48,210 bases of DNA from Octopus bimaculoides (GCF_001194135.2 NC_069005.1:8266810-8315019); one strand, 5' to 3'; positions 1-11,849 are shown, counted from the first letter of the stretch. The notes: generated by a model from the sequence alone, not told the origin. Translations and numbers: made by a program.

Positions 1-56
1 AGTGGGACTGAACCCGGAACCATGTGGTTGGGAAGCAAGTTTCTTACCACACAGCC
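1..56 (-). mobile_element. SINE family A, 5' (tRNA-like head) fragment
   Basis: Reverse complement of GGCTGTGTGGTAAGAA.CTTGCTTCCCAACCACATGGTTCCGGGTTCAGTCCCACT, which recurs more than 15 times in the window and has A-box/B-box-like motifs (TGGTAAGAA, GGTTCAGTCCC). Confidence 0.85.
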
Positions 57-84
57 CCCCCCCCACACACATACACATTCTCTC

Positions 85-86
<2 letters not shown>

Positions 87-128
<42 letters not shown>

Positions 129-187
129 ATAAAACCATAAGCATTATAAACCTAGTGGAGCCAACTCCACTCAAGGGTTGAACCTAG
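87..187 (+). mobile_element. Very short non-autonomous Helitron-like element with (ATCT)n at its 5' end
   Basis: A|TC start followed by TATATAAAA; hairpin AGTGGAG-CCAA-CTCCACT (154-171); 12 nt spacer; CTAG (184-187) followed by T. Matches the Helitron signature of 5'-TC, subterminal hairpin, CTRR-3' and an A|T target. Confidence 0.6.
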
Positions 188-299
188 TTTATTTCTTTCA
201 AAGTGAAAGTATGTGTTAGGAGAAAGAGAGAGAGAGAAGACTAATCAGTTGCCTGTATGTGACTTGTACTTTGTTTATCGACCCTGAAAGAATGAAAGG

Positions 300-780
300 A
301 AAACGAGATGCATGGGATTGTAGTGTGAGATTATGAAAGTTGCAGAAAAGAGGTCTTGAAAAAAAAACAAATTATTAGGCTCATTATGAGATGCATTTTG
401 ACTTTGCGCCAAAAAGTACCACAGATGCTGTCTGCCTTGTGAGACAATTGCAGGAGTCTCTACATTGCATTCACTGACCCTGAGAAAGTTTTAACAAGAT
501 CCTTTACTCTGTTATCTGGTGGCTGCTAAGGAAATAAGAAGTAGATGAATAGCTTGTGTGGGCTGTACCAATGATGTACAGAGATGCTGTCAGCCAGTTG
601 AGATAAAAAATGGGTTCAATGATGAATTTACAATGCATGAGTTTAAGATTGGCCATTTGTAGGTACTCTCGTATGCTGGAGGCCTTGATCTTACAGCAGA
701 ATATATGGAGGATTTTGGGGTAAGATTTCAGACATGGAAACAGAGCTTGGAATTAATGAGTCTTCAAGTAAATTCTGTGG
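300..780 (+). mobile_element. RTE-clade LINE reverse transcriptase fragment, degenerate
   Basis: Manual translation with stops/frameshifts: STTDAVCLVRQLQE..YIAFTDPEK..VIWWLLRK*EVDE*LVWAVPMMYRDAVS..LSYAGGLDL (decayed YADD)..RFQTWKQSLELMSLQVN. Confidence 0.85.
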
Positions 781-784
781 AGGT

Positions 785-960
785 ACATAATTTAGTGTTG
801 CACTTGTGATCATAAGATTGTGGTTCCAATTTCTGGACTGGGTGGCATGTTATGTTCTTGAGCAAAACACTTCATTCCACATTGCTCCAGTCCACTCAGC
901 TGTAAATTAGTTCCAATTATAGCCAGGAAGTTAATCCTATTACGGACTGGTGTCTTGTTC
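785..960 (+). mobile_element. tRNA-derived SINE (CORE-like) inserted into the RTE relic
   Basis: GGTTCCAATTTC B-box-like motif then GTTCTTGAGCAAAACACTTCATTCCACATTGCTCC; related copy at about 39265-39545; interrupts the RTE frame. Confidence 0.6.
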
Positions 961-1074
961 AGGAGTGAGTGTTGCAATCTTAGTCATCTATATACCATGG
1001 AAACTAAATTAAGTCCTGACTTTATTAGTCATAAGGCTCATGAAAAAAGAATCAAATTTAGTCAAGACTAATGT

Positions 1075-1800
1075 TATGCTAAGAAGAAAGGTTGAATTCT
1101 GCTGTCATTAGGGAATGACCATGCATGGTATGTAGCAGAGGAGTAGTTAGACTATCCATACAGTGTTGTCAGTGTAAACAATGGATGCACAAGATTTGTA
1201 ATGGAATCACCAGCAGGCTAACTGCAAGAATATCTTTATAAGTGGCATATGTACAATGACATCAACCATAAACAACATCCAGGAAATAGATTCTCTCAAC
1301 TAACCTGTTGGCCTCTATAGAAGCAGTGAATAGTTTTTGTTATTTGGGTGATCTTATCAATAGCAGGAGTGGGTGCTCTGAAAGCGTAGTAGACCAGATG
1401 AGATTACGAATGGGCAGGGAAAAGTTCAGGGAGCTACTACCTTTGCTGGCCACAAAGCATCTCTCTCTCTCTGAGTGAAGGGCAGATTGTGATGCTTGGG
1501 TGCAAAATACAATGCTGCACATTAATGTAACTTGGGTTTTATGAATAAAAGATTTGAGAAAGTTACATCAATGAATGAAGTGACTGTGGATGACTGGATG
1601 TGTGAAAGATGGTGCACAAATTCCCCAAGATAAAATCTGTGTATCAGAGGAATCAAATGGTGTGTGCAAGAGAGTAAATTTTGTTTGTATGGACATGTGA
1701 TGCAAATGGATGACAACAGCTGCATAAAAGTGCGCTGAACCATGGAATGGCTGGTGCCTGTGGAAGAGGAAGACCTGGTAAGAGGAAGTGGTGAAAATTG
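1075..1800 (+). mobile_element. RTE-clade LINE, C-terminal part of RT ORF, degenerate (continuation of 300-780)
   Basis: PCMVCSRGVVRLSIQCCQCKQWMHKIC...SFCYLGDLINSRSGCSES...KFRELLPLLATK...; 3' end resembles the GHVMxM and GRGRPxKTW motifs. ORF-track entries 1340-1522 and 1522-1743 are its antisense. Confidence 0.85.
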
Positions 1801-1814
1801 GTCCTAGGGTTGTC

Positions 1815-2005
1815 TTTTACTTATTTCAGTCATTTTTTTCTGTGACCATACTGGGGCACCTCCTTGAAGAGCTTAGTTGAGCTAATCAACCCAAGACTTA
1901 TTTTAAAATCTTATTCTATCAGTTTCTTTTGATGAACTGCTGAGTTACAGGTATGTAAACAAATCAACACTGGTTGTCAAGCAGTGGTGTGGGACACACA
2001 CATAT
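1815..2005 (-). mobile_element. SINE family A, 3' half
   Basis: Antisense match to the 3' half of the full copy at 5111-5544. Confidence 0.7.
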
Positions 2006-2083
2006 GAGAGACTAGACTGGCATATGGTACTGGAGGAAACCCACGTTCTAGGGCAAGCATTGCAGAAAGGACATTAAAACTGT

Positions 2084-2307
2084 TTAATCCTTTAGCATTT
2101 AAACCGGCCTTATCCGGCCCAAATTTTCTATTTCTTTCATGTTCAAACCATCCAGATCTGGCCTCTCATATCCTAGAATGACATCCTCAAAATAAACATT
2201 CACGTCATCAAATTCTCAGAGCTACAAGCTAATGCAGGATTAATTCAAAACAATGTGAATAAATAAGCATTACATTTGACAGAGTAATCTGAATGCTAAA
2301 GGGTTAA
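2084..2307. mobile_element. piggyBac-type MITE (TTAA target duplication)
   Basis: TTAA|(T)CCTTTAGCATT ... AATGCTAAAGGG|TTAA; homologous copy at 25449-25664. Confidence 0.8.
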
Positions 2308-3479
2308 GGTGATTGGGATACTTTCACTGCGTTCATCTTTAGCTCTCATCTGCTACCTCTGTTACATTGTCATCTTTTTCTCTCACTCCTCTTGCTGTAT
2401 TCTTCTACTGCTCATCAATGCTTGCCTCTTTTTTCCATCACTGACCCTCTCCATACAGCTAGTCTGGCTCCTTGTCACCTTCAGCCCTGTCTCATTTATG
2501 CACTCCTCTTCCTACCCACCTGTTGGTATTAATTCTTGTAATGTACTGGTGGGGGTGGGGCATAGTGCTGGATGCTTCCCCACCACTCAACCTGCTCCAT
2601 CATCTGTACTGTTCTGTCTCTCACTTTCTCATTTCATTAACCTCCTACACTGGCCCATCCCATTTCCCTTGCCCCACCCAAATACCTGCCATCTCTGTTT
2701 CATTTTTTTTTACAACTACCCTTCCACAAAAAGGAGTATTCTTATCATCATACTTCAACACTTCTTGACGCCTTGCCCTAAAGTCTTCATTCTCTTGTTC
2801 TCACTATCAGTTGTAGGGGCTCTAGAAAAAAATGGGGGTCAGTCTACACTATAAAGTGGTTACTAAATCAAGCAGAGACAATGCAGAGTGAGAGGACTCT
2901 CTAGTCTTGTGAAGGGTTATGTGCTGGGGCTGAGAAAAAAAAATGCACCCAGTGCACTCAGTCAGCATGGTCTGCAGTTGATCTGAGGTTTCTGTGATGA
3001 GCTTGATGTGACCTATGAACTGGAGCTGCATTACTAGCTCACTGTTGGTTTTGACGACACATTACCATGCATACGGCATAGATATGTATTTGTTGTATAT
3101 AGAATAAATTATAATTCAAGTTACATCCTCATGAAGCACACCTGTATATTCTTGCTATCAATTGTATGTAGATGTTTTATTTTAATTGAACATCATACAT
3201 AAAAATTGTCAAGTATATTATTCACAGTCTGTATGTACTAAAACAAATATGGTATTATTTGGTGTTGAGGGGCTAAAGTATGGTCAACAGACAAGTATAG
3301 GTGAGTATAGGTGCCCTTGTTGATGCCAGGCACCCTTCCTATATATCCTTTTTCTGAAAAGCAGGTAAGAGTTGGTAACTGGAAGAAGTTCAGTCAGTAA
3401 AACATTTTCAAAATCAATTTATGTCTAGCATGGAAAAACAGATCTTAAATGAACAATCTTATGTATATCATGCACATGC

Positions 3480-4045
3480 ACACATGAGGGTTTTACTGAA
3501 TGTAATGCATAAGTGGGTTTGATTGTTTTTCTTAACTGATATCATTCAAACTGCACATGCTGGTAGAGAAACTTTTCCTCTATACAAAGGTACTATTGAA
3601 CAAAGTCTACTTCCAAAGCAATGAATTTGTGCATTTCTTGAACCTAACTCTCAAAACCTCTTCTAAGAAAATCCGGGTGTGCCCTTCACTGTTATTTTCA
3701 CCTCATCTACCATCATGTCATTGACCCTGAAAAATTTCCTTCACTGGCCTGAATAGGTAAATCACAGAGGGCACCAGATTTTGTCTGTATGGTATATGGG
3801 GGTGAGATGGTGGATGGGGACTACTCATGCCCCATTTTCTGGTTTGTTGCCAAGATGTGTGTAGCCGCACATTGTCTTGGTGAATGTGGCTCAGTTTCAG
3901 ATTCTTGATCAGTTTTTTCCTCTTTATGGCTTCTCTAAGCTTTCTAAATGCTTCATTGTACCTTTCTCTGTTCATGGTACAACTACATCCCAGAAAACCA
4001 TAGAGAATGATGCCTTTGTCACAATGACTTTCTGTGCTGTATTGC
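3480..4045 (-). mobile_element. mariner transposase relic (C-terminal DDD domain) with one terminus
   Basis: Minus-strand decayed motifs VFWD, ERYNEAFRKLREAIKRK, HQDNVRLH (cf. HHDNARPH), PYRQNLVPSVIYLF (cf. PYSPDLAPSDYHLF); TIR-like GAGGG near 3487. Confidence 0.85.
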
Positions 4046-4254
4046 TTGCTTGCATGTCACCGTCATGAAAATAGTGGTGGTTGTGTCCAGTCATCATCAT
4101 CGTTTAACGTCCTCCTTCCATGCTGGCATGGGTGAGACAATGACCTGCAGAAACATGTCTGGCCATACAGAGAAGACACTTTGCTTGGAAACCAATGAGG
4201 TTTGGAGATAGGAAAGGCATGCAGCCATAGAAAATATCTGCTTCAGCAAATTCT

Positions 4255-4377
4255 GACCCATATATAAGTATGTACATACGTACATATGTATGTACATATG
4301 TACGTATGTAATACACATATTCTAAGTATGTATGTAATATACATATATATTCTATGTATATATGTATACATATATGC

Positions 4378-4430
<53 letters not shown>

Positions 4431-4571
4431 GTTGTATGATGATGTATGCCTGTGTTTGTGCATGTATTATATACATGCTGGTGTATATATATATATAGAT
4501 ATTATATACATATGTTGTATGTATGTGTATATGTACTTTTATGTTGTATGTATGCATACATATATGTTGTA

Positions 4572-4629
<58 letters not shown>

Positions 4630-4720
4630 TGTATGTGTATATGTGTATATCTGTGAGTGTGTGTATGTACACATATACATGTATGTGTAAGTATGCATAC
4701 ATGTATCTAACACCCATGGT
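4255..4720. repeat. Compound microsatellite (TA)n/(TG)n/(CA)n/(TATG)n
   Basis: Seen directly; source of the YIYI/VCVC/HTHT ORFs. Confidence 0.97.
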
Positions 4721-5110
4721 TTCCTTTGGTTAATCATTCCACCAACACCACCATCACATAATTCACATATACATGAACGTCAACAAAATATTCATAATTT
4801 ATATTGTCAGTGCATATGCCCTCATACAGACACGCACACTGATACAGTAATCCATAGACACACGCTTGCTTTCTATATCTCCTCTCTCTCATGCATATAT
4901 ATACGATGTAGGAACCACCTGCTTCTGTTTCTCATATGCATATTTAGCCCGAGGTCAGACCTGATCGACCAGACATATGATGAAGCACATTCCAACATTT
5001 CTGTTTGTTTAGAAGTATAATGGTGTCTATATTATCTAATGTGTCCTTTGATGCAGCTATTTCAGAAAAATTTGGCTCCTATATCTAGTACATCGAGTTG
5101 GGCTGCTGTC

Positions 5111-5281
5111 GGCACAGGCTGGGTGTGTAGTTAAAAAGCTTGCTTCCCAACCATGTGGTCTTGGGTTCGGTCCCACTGTCCAGTACCTTGGGCAAGTGTC
5201 AACTATAGCCCTTGGCCAACCTAAGCCTTGTGAGTGCATTTCATAGATGGAAACTGAAGAAGTGTTGGGTGTGTATGTGTT

Positions 5282-5324
<43 letters not shown>

Positions 5325-5544
5325 GGTGTGTGTTTTTTGTCCCCACCCTAACTTGACAACTAGTGTTGGTTTATGTCCCTGTAGCTTAGCAGTTTGGCAA
5401 AAAAGTTCCATAATAGAATAAGTTCCAGGTTTAAAAAGCAATTAAATACTGGCTCAATTTGTTCCATTTAACCCTTTGAGTGGTGCCCCAGCCTGGCCAC
5501 AGTCCAATGACTGAAACAAGTAAAAGATAAAATAAAAGATAAAA
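5111..5544 (+). mobile_element. SINE family A, near full-length with internal (TG)/(TA) microsatellite and TAAAAGA-type tail
   Basis: tRNA-like head, GGCAAGTGTC..CTATAGCC body, GGAAACTGAAGAAG, internal microsatellite, 3' half ending ATGACTGAAACAAGTAAAAGATAAAATAAAAGAT. Confidence 0.9.
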
Positions 5545-5774
5545 TGTTGCTTTTGGGTTGTCCAAAGTCTTGTGGGTGAGATAGGGCAAACAGAAACAGT
5601 TTTGAAGCTTGTCAGATAATTAAAAACCTTTAATTTAAAGGCTCAGTCTGGGCATACATCAAACCTACTTGAGATAATGATTATATTAAGAATACACACC
5701 TTAGGTATACTCAGCCATTTATTTTTGTATAAGGTGTAAGGATCCACCAATGTAGAGGATGATGTTATTTATCA

Positions 5775-5990
5775 TCATTGTTTTAATGTTCACCTCTCCG
5801 TGCTTGCATGGATGGAATTTGTTCGGGCAGATTATCTATAACTGGATGCTTTTCCTGTTGCCAATCCTCACCTGTTTCTCAGTAACCTAATACTTCGCCA
5901 TGACTAGACATGTTTCCACAGAAGATTAGAAATGGACATCAATTGCATAACAATGACACTCATTTACAACCATCATGCAATGTCAAGGCA
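5775..5990 (-). mobile_element. Retroposon family C, variant subfamily
   Basis: Antisense of the GGAAGGGCATCC.GC..TA.AAA...GGACGTTAAA.GATGATG module; same variant at 10370-10520 (-) and 29010-29215 (+). Confidence 0.65.
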
Positions 5991-6004
5991 AGGAGACAGT
6001 AATA

Positions 6005-6092
6005 AACACACACACATCCATCCACATACACATCCATCCACATACACATCCATCCACATACATCCATCCACATACACATCCATCCTTCCATA
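6005..6092. repeat. Minisatellite, unit about CATCCATCCACATACA(CA)
   Basis: Four to five tandem units visible. Confidence 0.85.
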
Positions 6093-6094
6093 CG

Positions 6095-6262
6095 CACACA
6101 TAAATATGACGGATTTCTTTTAGTTTTTGCTTATGAAATCCACTAATAAAACTTTGGTCAACACAGTGCAATAGTAGAAAAAACTTGCTCAAGGTACCAT
6201 GCAGTGAAACTGAACTCAGAACCATGTAGTAGAAGCAAACTTCTTAAGCACACAGCAACCCT
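6095..6262 (-). mobile_element. SINE family A, 5' half
   Basis: Antisense match to the head and body of 5111-5544. Confidence 0.75.
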
Positions 6263-7008
6263 TTCTGCCTATATGATAATAATCATGACAATAGTAGTAA
6301 GTTGTCTTAACGAAGGCTTGAAAACAGGAGATTGTTTCAGGGGAGATAAAACGTTTAGATGCTGTGTCGTAACATTCTGTTTGAGTTGATAAAATACAAG
6401 CTGAACACTGGGTCGATGTAATTGATTAATCTTTACTCTTAGATTTCCTGGCATTGTGTCAAAATTTGAAAGAATTATGGTAATGCAGTCAAAGATGTGT
6501 ATTTTTCTGTGTATAACAAGAAAAACAGTAAAAATTAATGTTTTATTCTTCATAATCTTCCTTTAATAACCATAATAATTATGATTTCTTTTATTGGCTA
6601 CAAGAGCTTAAGACATTGAGGACTTTGTCAAAGATGAAATACAACATATTAAAAGTTGGGGTTTACGTCAATCAAAAGGGAAACCAACAACAATCAGGAT
6701 ATAACAAAAGAAATAAAAATAAAATTCAGAAAAATAAATACAATGCTGGGACAATACTCTTTTAATTTGCTACAAGGAAATAATTATTATTGTTATTTCT
6801 ACTTGGGTCCAGTCTTTCATTCAATAAAATGCACACAAAGGTGCTACAAATATGAGTGGATAAATACAACAAAGTTATATAAAATAAAAGATGAAAGAGG
6901 TAGTACAAGAGCATAAATTTGTGGGAGAGTGTACAAATCGAAATCCCACACATGACTGTTACTTCTTATATCTATTCTAAGAAAGAGCAGCCAAATATCC
7001 CTCAAATG

Positions 7009-7412
7009 ATGTGGCTGTGTAGTAAAAAGTTTGCTTCCCAACTACATGGGTCCAGATTCTGTCCCACTCTATGGCACCTTGGGCTAGTGTCTTCTACTAT
7101 AAACCTCGGACTGAACAAAGCCTTATGAGTGGATTTTGTAGACAGAATCAGAAAGAAGCCCATTGTGTGTGGGTGTGTGTGTGTGTGTGTGTATGCACAC
7201 ACACACACACACACACACACGGATGTGTATTTGTCCTCTCCATCACCAGTAGACAACCGATGTGGGTGCGTTTATGTCCATATAGCTTAGCAGTTTGTCA
7301 AAGAGACTAAAACAATAAATACCAGACTATAAAAAAAAATAATAAATACTGGGGTTGATAAGTTTGAATAAAATTCTTCAAGGCAGTGCCCCAGTATGGC
7401 CACAATCAAATG
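7009..7412 (+). mobile_element. SINE family A, near full-length
   Basis: Colinear with 5111-5544, including the internal microsatellite. Confidence 0.88.
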
Positions 7413-7689
7413 GAAGAAATGCTGCTAAGCATTTTATCCAATGCTGTAATGATTCTGCCAGCTTGACCTCTTAATGATGATAATTCTACAAACGCACCAT
7501 CACAGTCAACCTACTTACTTGGGCCAGCCTTGCTACATTCATCTACCTTTCAAGAAATCTATTGGGCACAGAGACCAGCACTGCCCTCTCCACCTTCCTA
7601 ATATACAGAATGAACACAGAGATAATGGAGTCCTCCTGATATTCTCCAGGAAATTCTCCAGCTAGGGCCAATTAAGGAACCCTACAGAT

Positions 7690-8350
7690 ACAGTTTTGCC
7701 TTGACCACTAAGGGCACAAGCCTCCACCCATCTGTTGTTTACCAATCTACTGGTGCATGCTCAGAGGAGTTCCATTCCAATTTTGTCATGGTCATCCGTG
7801 TTTTGACTAATTTACTGGGGGAGAGAGTATTTCCCTTTCCAAGGGTTTGACCAAAGAAGGAAGTGTTTATCTTCACTCGTTTCAGCTTCATCCACTGCAT
7901 AACCTCTTTCACCATAACCACCAGACAGACAAACACTGTCTGTCCCACCACCTTGTCAAAGGTGAGTAATGGGGCAATCCTTGTGATGGACTCAATTGAG
8001 AGCGACAGCAGCAGTTCAACATAACTCCACAAGCCAGCAATGTTCAGACAGTGGATGAGTGTATGCAGTACAATTTTGTCACTCTGTGCACATCTTGGAC
8101 AGTCAAGCCTGATGGCTTTCCATGTTTGTCAGGTTTATTTCAAGCTGATAGTGCAGCCAATAGGTACTCTCAGGAATTTCTGAGATTCCCTGAAGTTATT
8201 GGTACTAGTCCCCAGCCCAAAAGTCGTCTGAAGTGGACCAGCCACGTCTTCCTCATCAATACCTAGAATTTCCCCAAGAGGCTCATCACTCCTACTCATA
8301 CTTTGTTCATTAAAGTAGATGACAAGTGACTGGGTAACTTGCTGTAATTG
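7690..8350 (-). mobile_element. L1/Tx1-clade LINE ORF2 3' fragment with CCHC zinc knuckle, degenerate
   Basis: Minus strand reads CPRCAQSDKIVLHTLIHCLNIAGLWSYVELLLS (C-x2-C-x8-H-x4-C, the C-terminal knuckle of L1/Tx1 ORF2), flanked by EPLGEILGIDEEDVAGPLQTTFG and FVCLVVMVKEVMQWMKLK; frameshifted. Confidence 0.75.
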
Positions 8351-8384
8351 AGAAGACACATCAGGCTAACTGAAATTGTTGTTT

Positions 8385-8620
8385 AGGGGCAGTGCCATTG
8401 ACATGTACAAGACACCCATGCTGGGGACACACAAAGGCACCTGTGGCGGTGACATGTAAAAGGAACCCAGTACACTTTGTAGAGTGGTTGGCATTAGGAA
8501 GGGCATCCAGCTGTAGAAACCAAGCCAAAACAGACTGGAGCCTGGTGCAGCTCCCCAGCTTACTAGCTCCAGTCAACTTGTCTAACCCCTACTATCATGG
8601 AAAAATGGATGTTAAGTGAA
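8385..8620 (+). mobile_element. Retroposon family C
   Basis: AAAGGAACCCAGTACACTTTGTAGAGTGGTTGGCATTAGGAAGGGCATCCAGCTGTAGAAACC...GGATGTTAA; further partial copy at 8830-8950. Confidence 0.85.
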
Positions 8621-8642
8621 AACAAAAAAATTAATATAAAAA

Positions 8643-8673
<31 letters not shown>

Positions 8674-9424
8674 CATACACACACACACCCACCCACACAC
8701 AATGGGCTTCTTTCTGATTCTGTCTACAAAATCCACTCATAAGGCTTTGTTCAGTCCGAGATCAAGATTTCTTTAAATTTAAAGCAGTGTAACTGTATCA
8801 TTAAGTTGTGACATGTGTATGTGATCCGTAACAGGCACTCATACTGGTGACACATAAAGGGCACCCATGCTGGTGACATGTAAATGGCACCCAGTACACT
8901 CTGGAGTGGTTGGCCTTAGGAAGGGCATCCAGCCATAGAAACCAAGCCAAAACATATGCTCATGCATATTATATATAAACTATGAAGGATAGATTATATA
9001 TGCACATTTGCTTATATATATAATATATACATATGAGTGCAATGTACATACAATGCCACATACCTGTTTGCTCATGAATGGGTGTATGTGTACACATGCA
9101 TAGTATGCTTATGAATGCTATAATAGTAATAGAAACACGTTTCCTTTATATTCTCATCTATGTATAACTAAGATTCACTGCATCTACAACACATTAATAT
9201 GGCATTTGTTTAAGCTTGTTGTATTTGTTCAACACGTGGTGGTCAGCTCTGATTGATCCCATTCCAGCTGTGACCATCCAGTGGTTCTCTTCAAACGTAA
9301 TATTTCTAGAACTATGTTAATCAATGTTGGCTTTACTGTGAAAGTGAAGTTAAGTCTGATGTGAGGAATGTATGGGTGTTATTTCTAGCAGATGAAGTGA
9401 TACAGCATTTTACTACATTTTAAA

Positions 9425-9469
9425 ATATATTTATATTTATACACACACTCATATTTATACATACATACA

Positions 9470-9567
<98 letters not shown>

Positions 9568-9741
9568 TGTATAATACACACATACATAGACACACATGCA
9601 TGTATATATACTTAAACACGCATATATATACATACACACATCTACATATACACACACGTACAGTATCTATCTTATCTGCCTATCTTATATGTATGTCTGT
9701 CTATCTATCAATCTATATGCATATATACAGGTTATATTTAT

Positions 9742-9780
<39 letters not shown>

Positions 9781-9810
9781 CACACAATAAATATATATGT
9801 GTGTGTGTAG
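9425..9810. repeat. Compound microsatellite (TACA)n(TA)n(CA)n
   Basis: Seen directly. Confidence 0.97.
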
Positions 9811-10716
9811 ACAACATATAAAAGTATAGTGTGAAATTATCATTTTTTTAACTGTCAACTTCAAAGCTGTGTTTATACAAATGTCTGCTTGCAGAAATAT
9901 GTGATTGATTGATTGATTGTGTGTATGTTTTATGTATGTGTATATGCATATCATCATTTTATATCTGCTTTTCATTTTGGTATGGGTTGAACAAGTTTTT
10001 ATGATCTGAATTCTTTTTTTACTGGAGCTAATACTGTGATAGGCTTGTGCTTGCACACATCATTTTGACTCTGTTTCTACAGATGGATGCTCTTCCTATC
10101 ACCAACCACTTTACAGAGTGTAATCAATGCATTTTCATTAGCAAGGTTCATGAATTCTTATTGAGACAAGACTAAAGGGACCTCACAGCCATACTTTACC
10201 TCTGATCACCACAAATTTCTGTAGGAGAGCTTATGAGAAGGATTTTCATTATGGTACCAACATATGATTGGGGTTACTTGTACATGTATATATATAATCA
10301 TTGTCAGTATTTTTATGTAGGCTTGTTTTTTGATATGGTGGCATAAGCTGGACAAGACTTACTGAGGCTGTATTCCACAGCTGGGTGCTCTTCCTGTTGC
10401 CAACCCTCACCTGTCTCCAAAAGCAAGGTAATATTTCCCATGGCCAGACATGTTTTTCACAGAAGACTGGAAATGAAAGCATTGCTTGTATGACAGTGAC
10501 ACTCATTTTACAAACATCATGTGATGATTTCAGCTCACACACACACACACACACACGCACACACACACACATGCACACACACACACATGCACGGCTCATA
10601 AGATATTGACCAACCCTTGAGGCTATAACAGACACTTGTCAAAGATGCCACAAGGTGGGATGGAACCTGAAATCCCATGGTCGCAAAATAAGCCCCATAA
10701 CTGCACATCCATACCT

Positions 10717-10755
<39 letters not shown>

Positions 10756-10789
10756 CTCTCGCTATTTAATAATCTTTGATTTCTATTTT

Positions 10790-11292
10790 TCTATTCTGCT
10801 GCCCCATACTATCAGATATTCTCTACTCCTCTCACTTATTCCTGTCACCTCTGCCGCACTCGTTCCTACCCACTTTATATCTTAAAGGTCCACTCTAACA
10901 CTTCATCACCAATTTCCAGCTCCACCCCATGCAACTGTCTCTTCTAAAACATGAATAGTCATGTAGCTACTCATTCAGTGACAAACCTGTTCTGTTTTGG
11001 CTTTCTTCTCTCATAATTTACCTCTCTGTCTACTCCTAGCATAAACTCCGTCTTCCTCACTCAAGATTCGTAGTCTTGCAAGCTACAAGGTAGTTCCACT
11101 GGTGTTGGTGGCACAAAAATGGCACTTCAATACATGCTGTAAAGTGGTTGGCATTAGGAAGGGCATCCAGCCATTGAAACCATGCTAAAGCAGAAACTGG
11201 AGTATGATGTGCTCCTTGGGCCCATCAGATCCTGTCAAAAAATCCCAATCTAATCCAACATGGAATTTGGATGCTAAACGATAATGATGATG
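10790..11292 (+). mobile_element. Retroposon family C with long pyrimidine-rich 5' body
   Basis: CT-rich tract leading into GTCTTGCAAG.TAC...GTGGTTGGCATTAGGAAGGGCATCCAGCC...GGATGCTAAACGATAATGATGATG. Confidence 0.75.
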
Positions 11293-11657
11293 ATGTTCTG
11301 TGCCATTTCGTGATAACCAAAGAACTTGCTTATAGTTTCATTATTTCTGTATCCTCTGCTGTTGATTTGGTCGGCTGTTTGATCTTTTCAAATCCTAAAG
11401 TTGTGAAACAATCATTTTGTTTCTTTGTTACTTTCATTTTTCTTATTTTTCTTTCATTCTACTTTCTGTCTGCTTTCTTCCTTTGTTTTCTTTCTTTCTT
11501 CATTTCCTTTCTTTTATTTCTTTTCTTATTTTAATCTCTAAGCTTCCTTCCTTCCAAACTTTGTAAATGGGTTTGGACTAAAATACTTGAAAAGGATTTA
11601 AAGCATTAAGTTCTTAACCATTTTCACCATTGCACTAGCTATCTGCCTGCCTGTCTG

Positions 11658-11698
<41 letters not shown>

Positions 11699-11797
11699 TG
11701 CACACACACACGCACACACNNNNNNNNNNNNNNNNNNNNNNNNNNNNNNNNNNNNNNNNNNNNNNNNNNNNNNNNNNNNNNNNNNNNNNNNNNNNNN

Positions 11798-11849
<52 letters not shown>

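Noticed and set aside
2309-2854. 181-aa ORF with hydrophobic, Leu/Ser/Phe-rich content
   Set aside because: Product of a pyrimidine-biased tract with no canonical ATG start and no recognisable domain.
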